Positions 63,995 to 64,000 of a DNA stretch of 64,000 bases are shown one piece after another. Position 1 is the stretch's first letter; the number at the start of each line of letters is the position of its first letter. Source of the DNA: Candidatus Daviesbacteria bacterium (GTDB lineage Bacteria; Patescibacteriota; Microgenomatia; Daviesbacterales; UBA10151); NCBI GenBank assembly GCA_016176465.1, contig JACOXD010000010.1, positions 7,497 to 71,496 of the forward strand, in the 5' to 3' direction. The translations under genes and the position numbers were made by a program. Below the pieces are notes generated by a model. The model did no database searches. It was not told the origin of the DNA and was given only the letters and a program-made list of their open reading frames with translations.

Positions 63995-64000
63995 TGCTTC

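Noticed and set aside
1-64000. CRISPR arrays
   Set aside because: All direct repeats found are two-copy tandem duplications (22 bp, 21 bp), dispersed att-like repeats, or operator palindromes. None form a repeat-spacer array.

Overview
This window is AT-rich, and its proteins are Lys-rich and compact (for example an AspRS without the GAD insertion, and a short RNase Y). By inference it is a small-genome bacterium of the CPR/Patescibacteria type. About 95% of it is coding on both strands.

From start to end I see:
- recX, rny, a GNAT acetyltransferase and HU.
- A cell-envelope locus with at least five GT-C fold (PMT/ArnT-like) polytopic glycosyltransferases around an ABC-2 exporter (ATPase plus two permeases) that carries an embedded TrpR/YerC-like gene. 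Next to it is a large secreted M23 peptidase gene that a perfect 22-bp tandem duplication splits into two ORFs.
- miaA, an AI-2E transporter, RNase P RNA (minus strand, not in the ORF track), a YdjM-like hydrolase, a candidate sRNA with its own promoter and terminator, an HxlR regulator, a LUD-domain protein and comM.
- An unannotated 47-aa zinc-ribbon gene.
- A shikimate/aromatic block (aroA-aroK-aroC forward; DAHP synthase, a TyrA-PheA fusion, chorismate mutase and ilvE reverse).
- secD and secF separated by two inserted genes, then cca and recJ.
- A K-poor, GC-richer module with an acetolactate-synthase-like TPP enzyme (carrying an in-frame 21-bp tandem duplication), a 95-aa protein and two paralogous Ile/Val/Leu-rich mini-ORFs.
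- A recurring CCUCCC-loop-GGGAGG hairpin followed by a U-tract, placed immediately upstream of start codons so that the SD sits in the 3' arm.
- A 5'-truncated-looking aspS behind a palindromic divergent promoter, then dacA-like, gltX, pterin-4a-carbinolamine dehydratase and a PaaX-like regulator bracketed by 24-bp direct repeats.
- tRNA-Gln(CUG), followed by three copies of its 3'-end motif (AGTCCCGCAGC). The last two copies sit in 28-bp direct repeats (27/28 identical) that flank a ~14.3-kb island at about 49.3-63.6 kb.

The island encodes copper and thiol-redox functions: CsoR with a textbook palindromic operator, two cupredoxin proteins, CopA, CopZ, a DsbA-like/DsbD-like-cupredoxin pair, a MerT-like CC membrane protein, a glutaredoxin, a MerA-like disulfide reductase lacking the C-terminal CC, DUF3179, DUF1684 and an L,D-transpeptidase. 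It also carries a BlaI-family repressor paired with a BlaR1-like M56 protease that has no penicillin-binding sensor domain. The same palindrome (TACTAC-N5-GTAGTA) sits on three promoters inside the island, which predicts one regulon.

The most unusual observation is a family of short GC-rich palindromic repeats with core CTGAGCGAAGCG / CGCTTCGC. They occur between genes, and also in frame inside conserved genes (recX, copA twice or more, the disulfide reductase), where they add hydrophilic loops of about 10 aa. This resembles Rickettsia palindromic elements.

Coordinates for features that are not ORFs were counted by hand and may be off by 1-2 nt.
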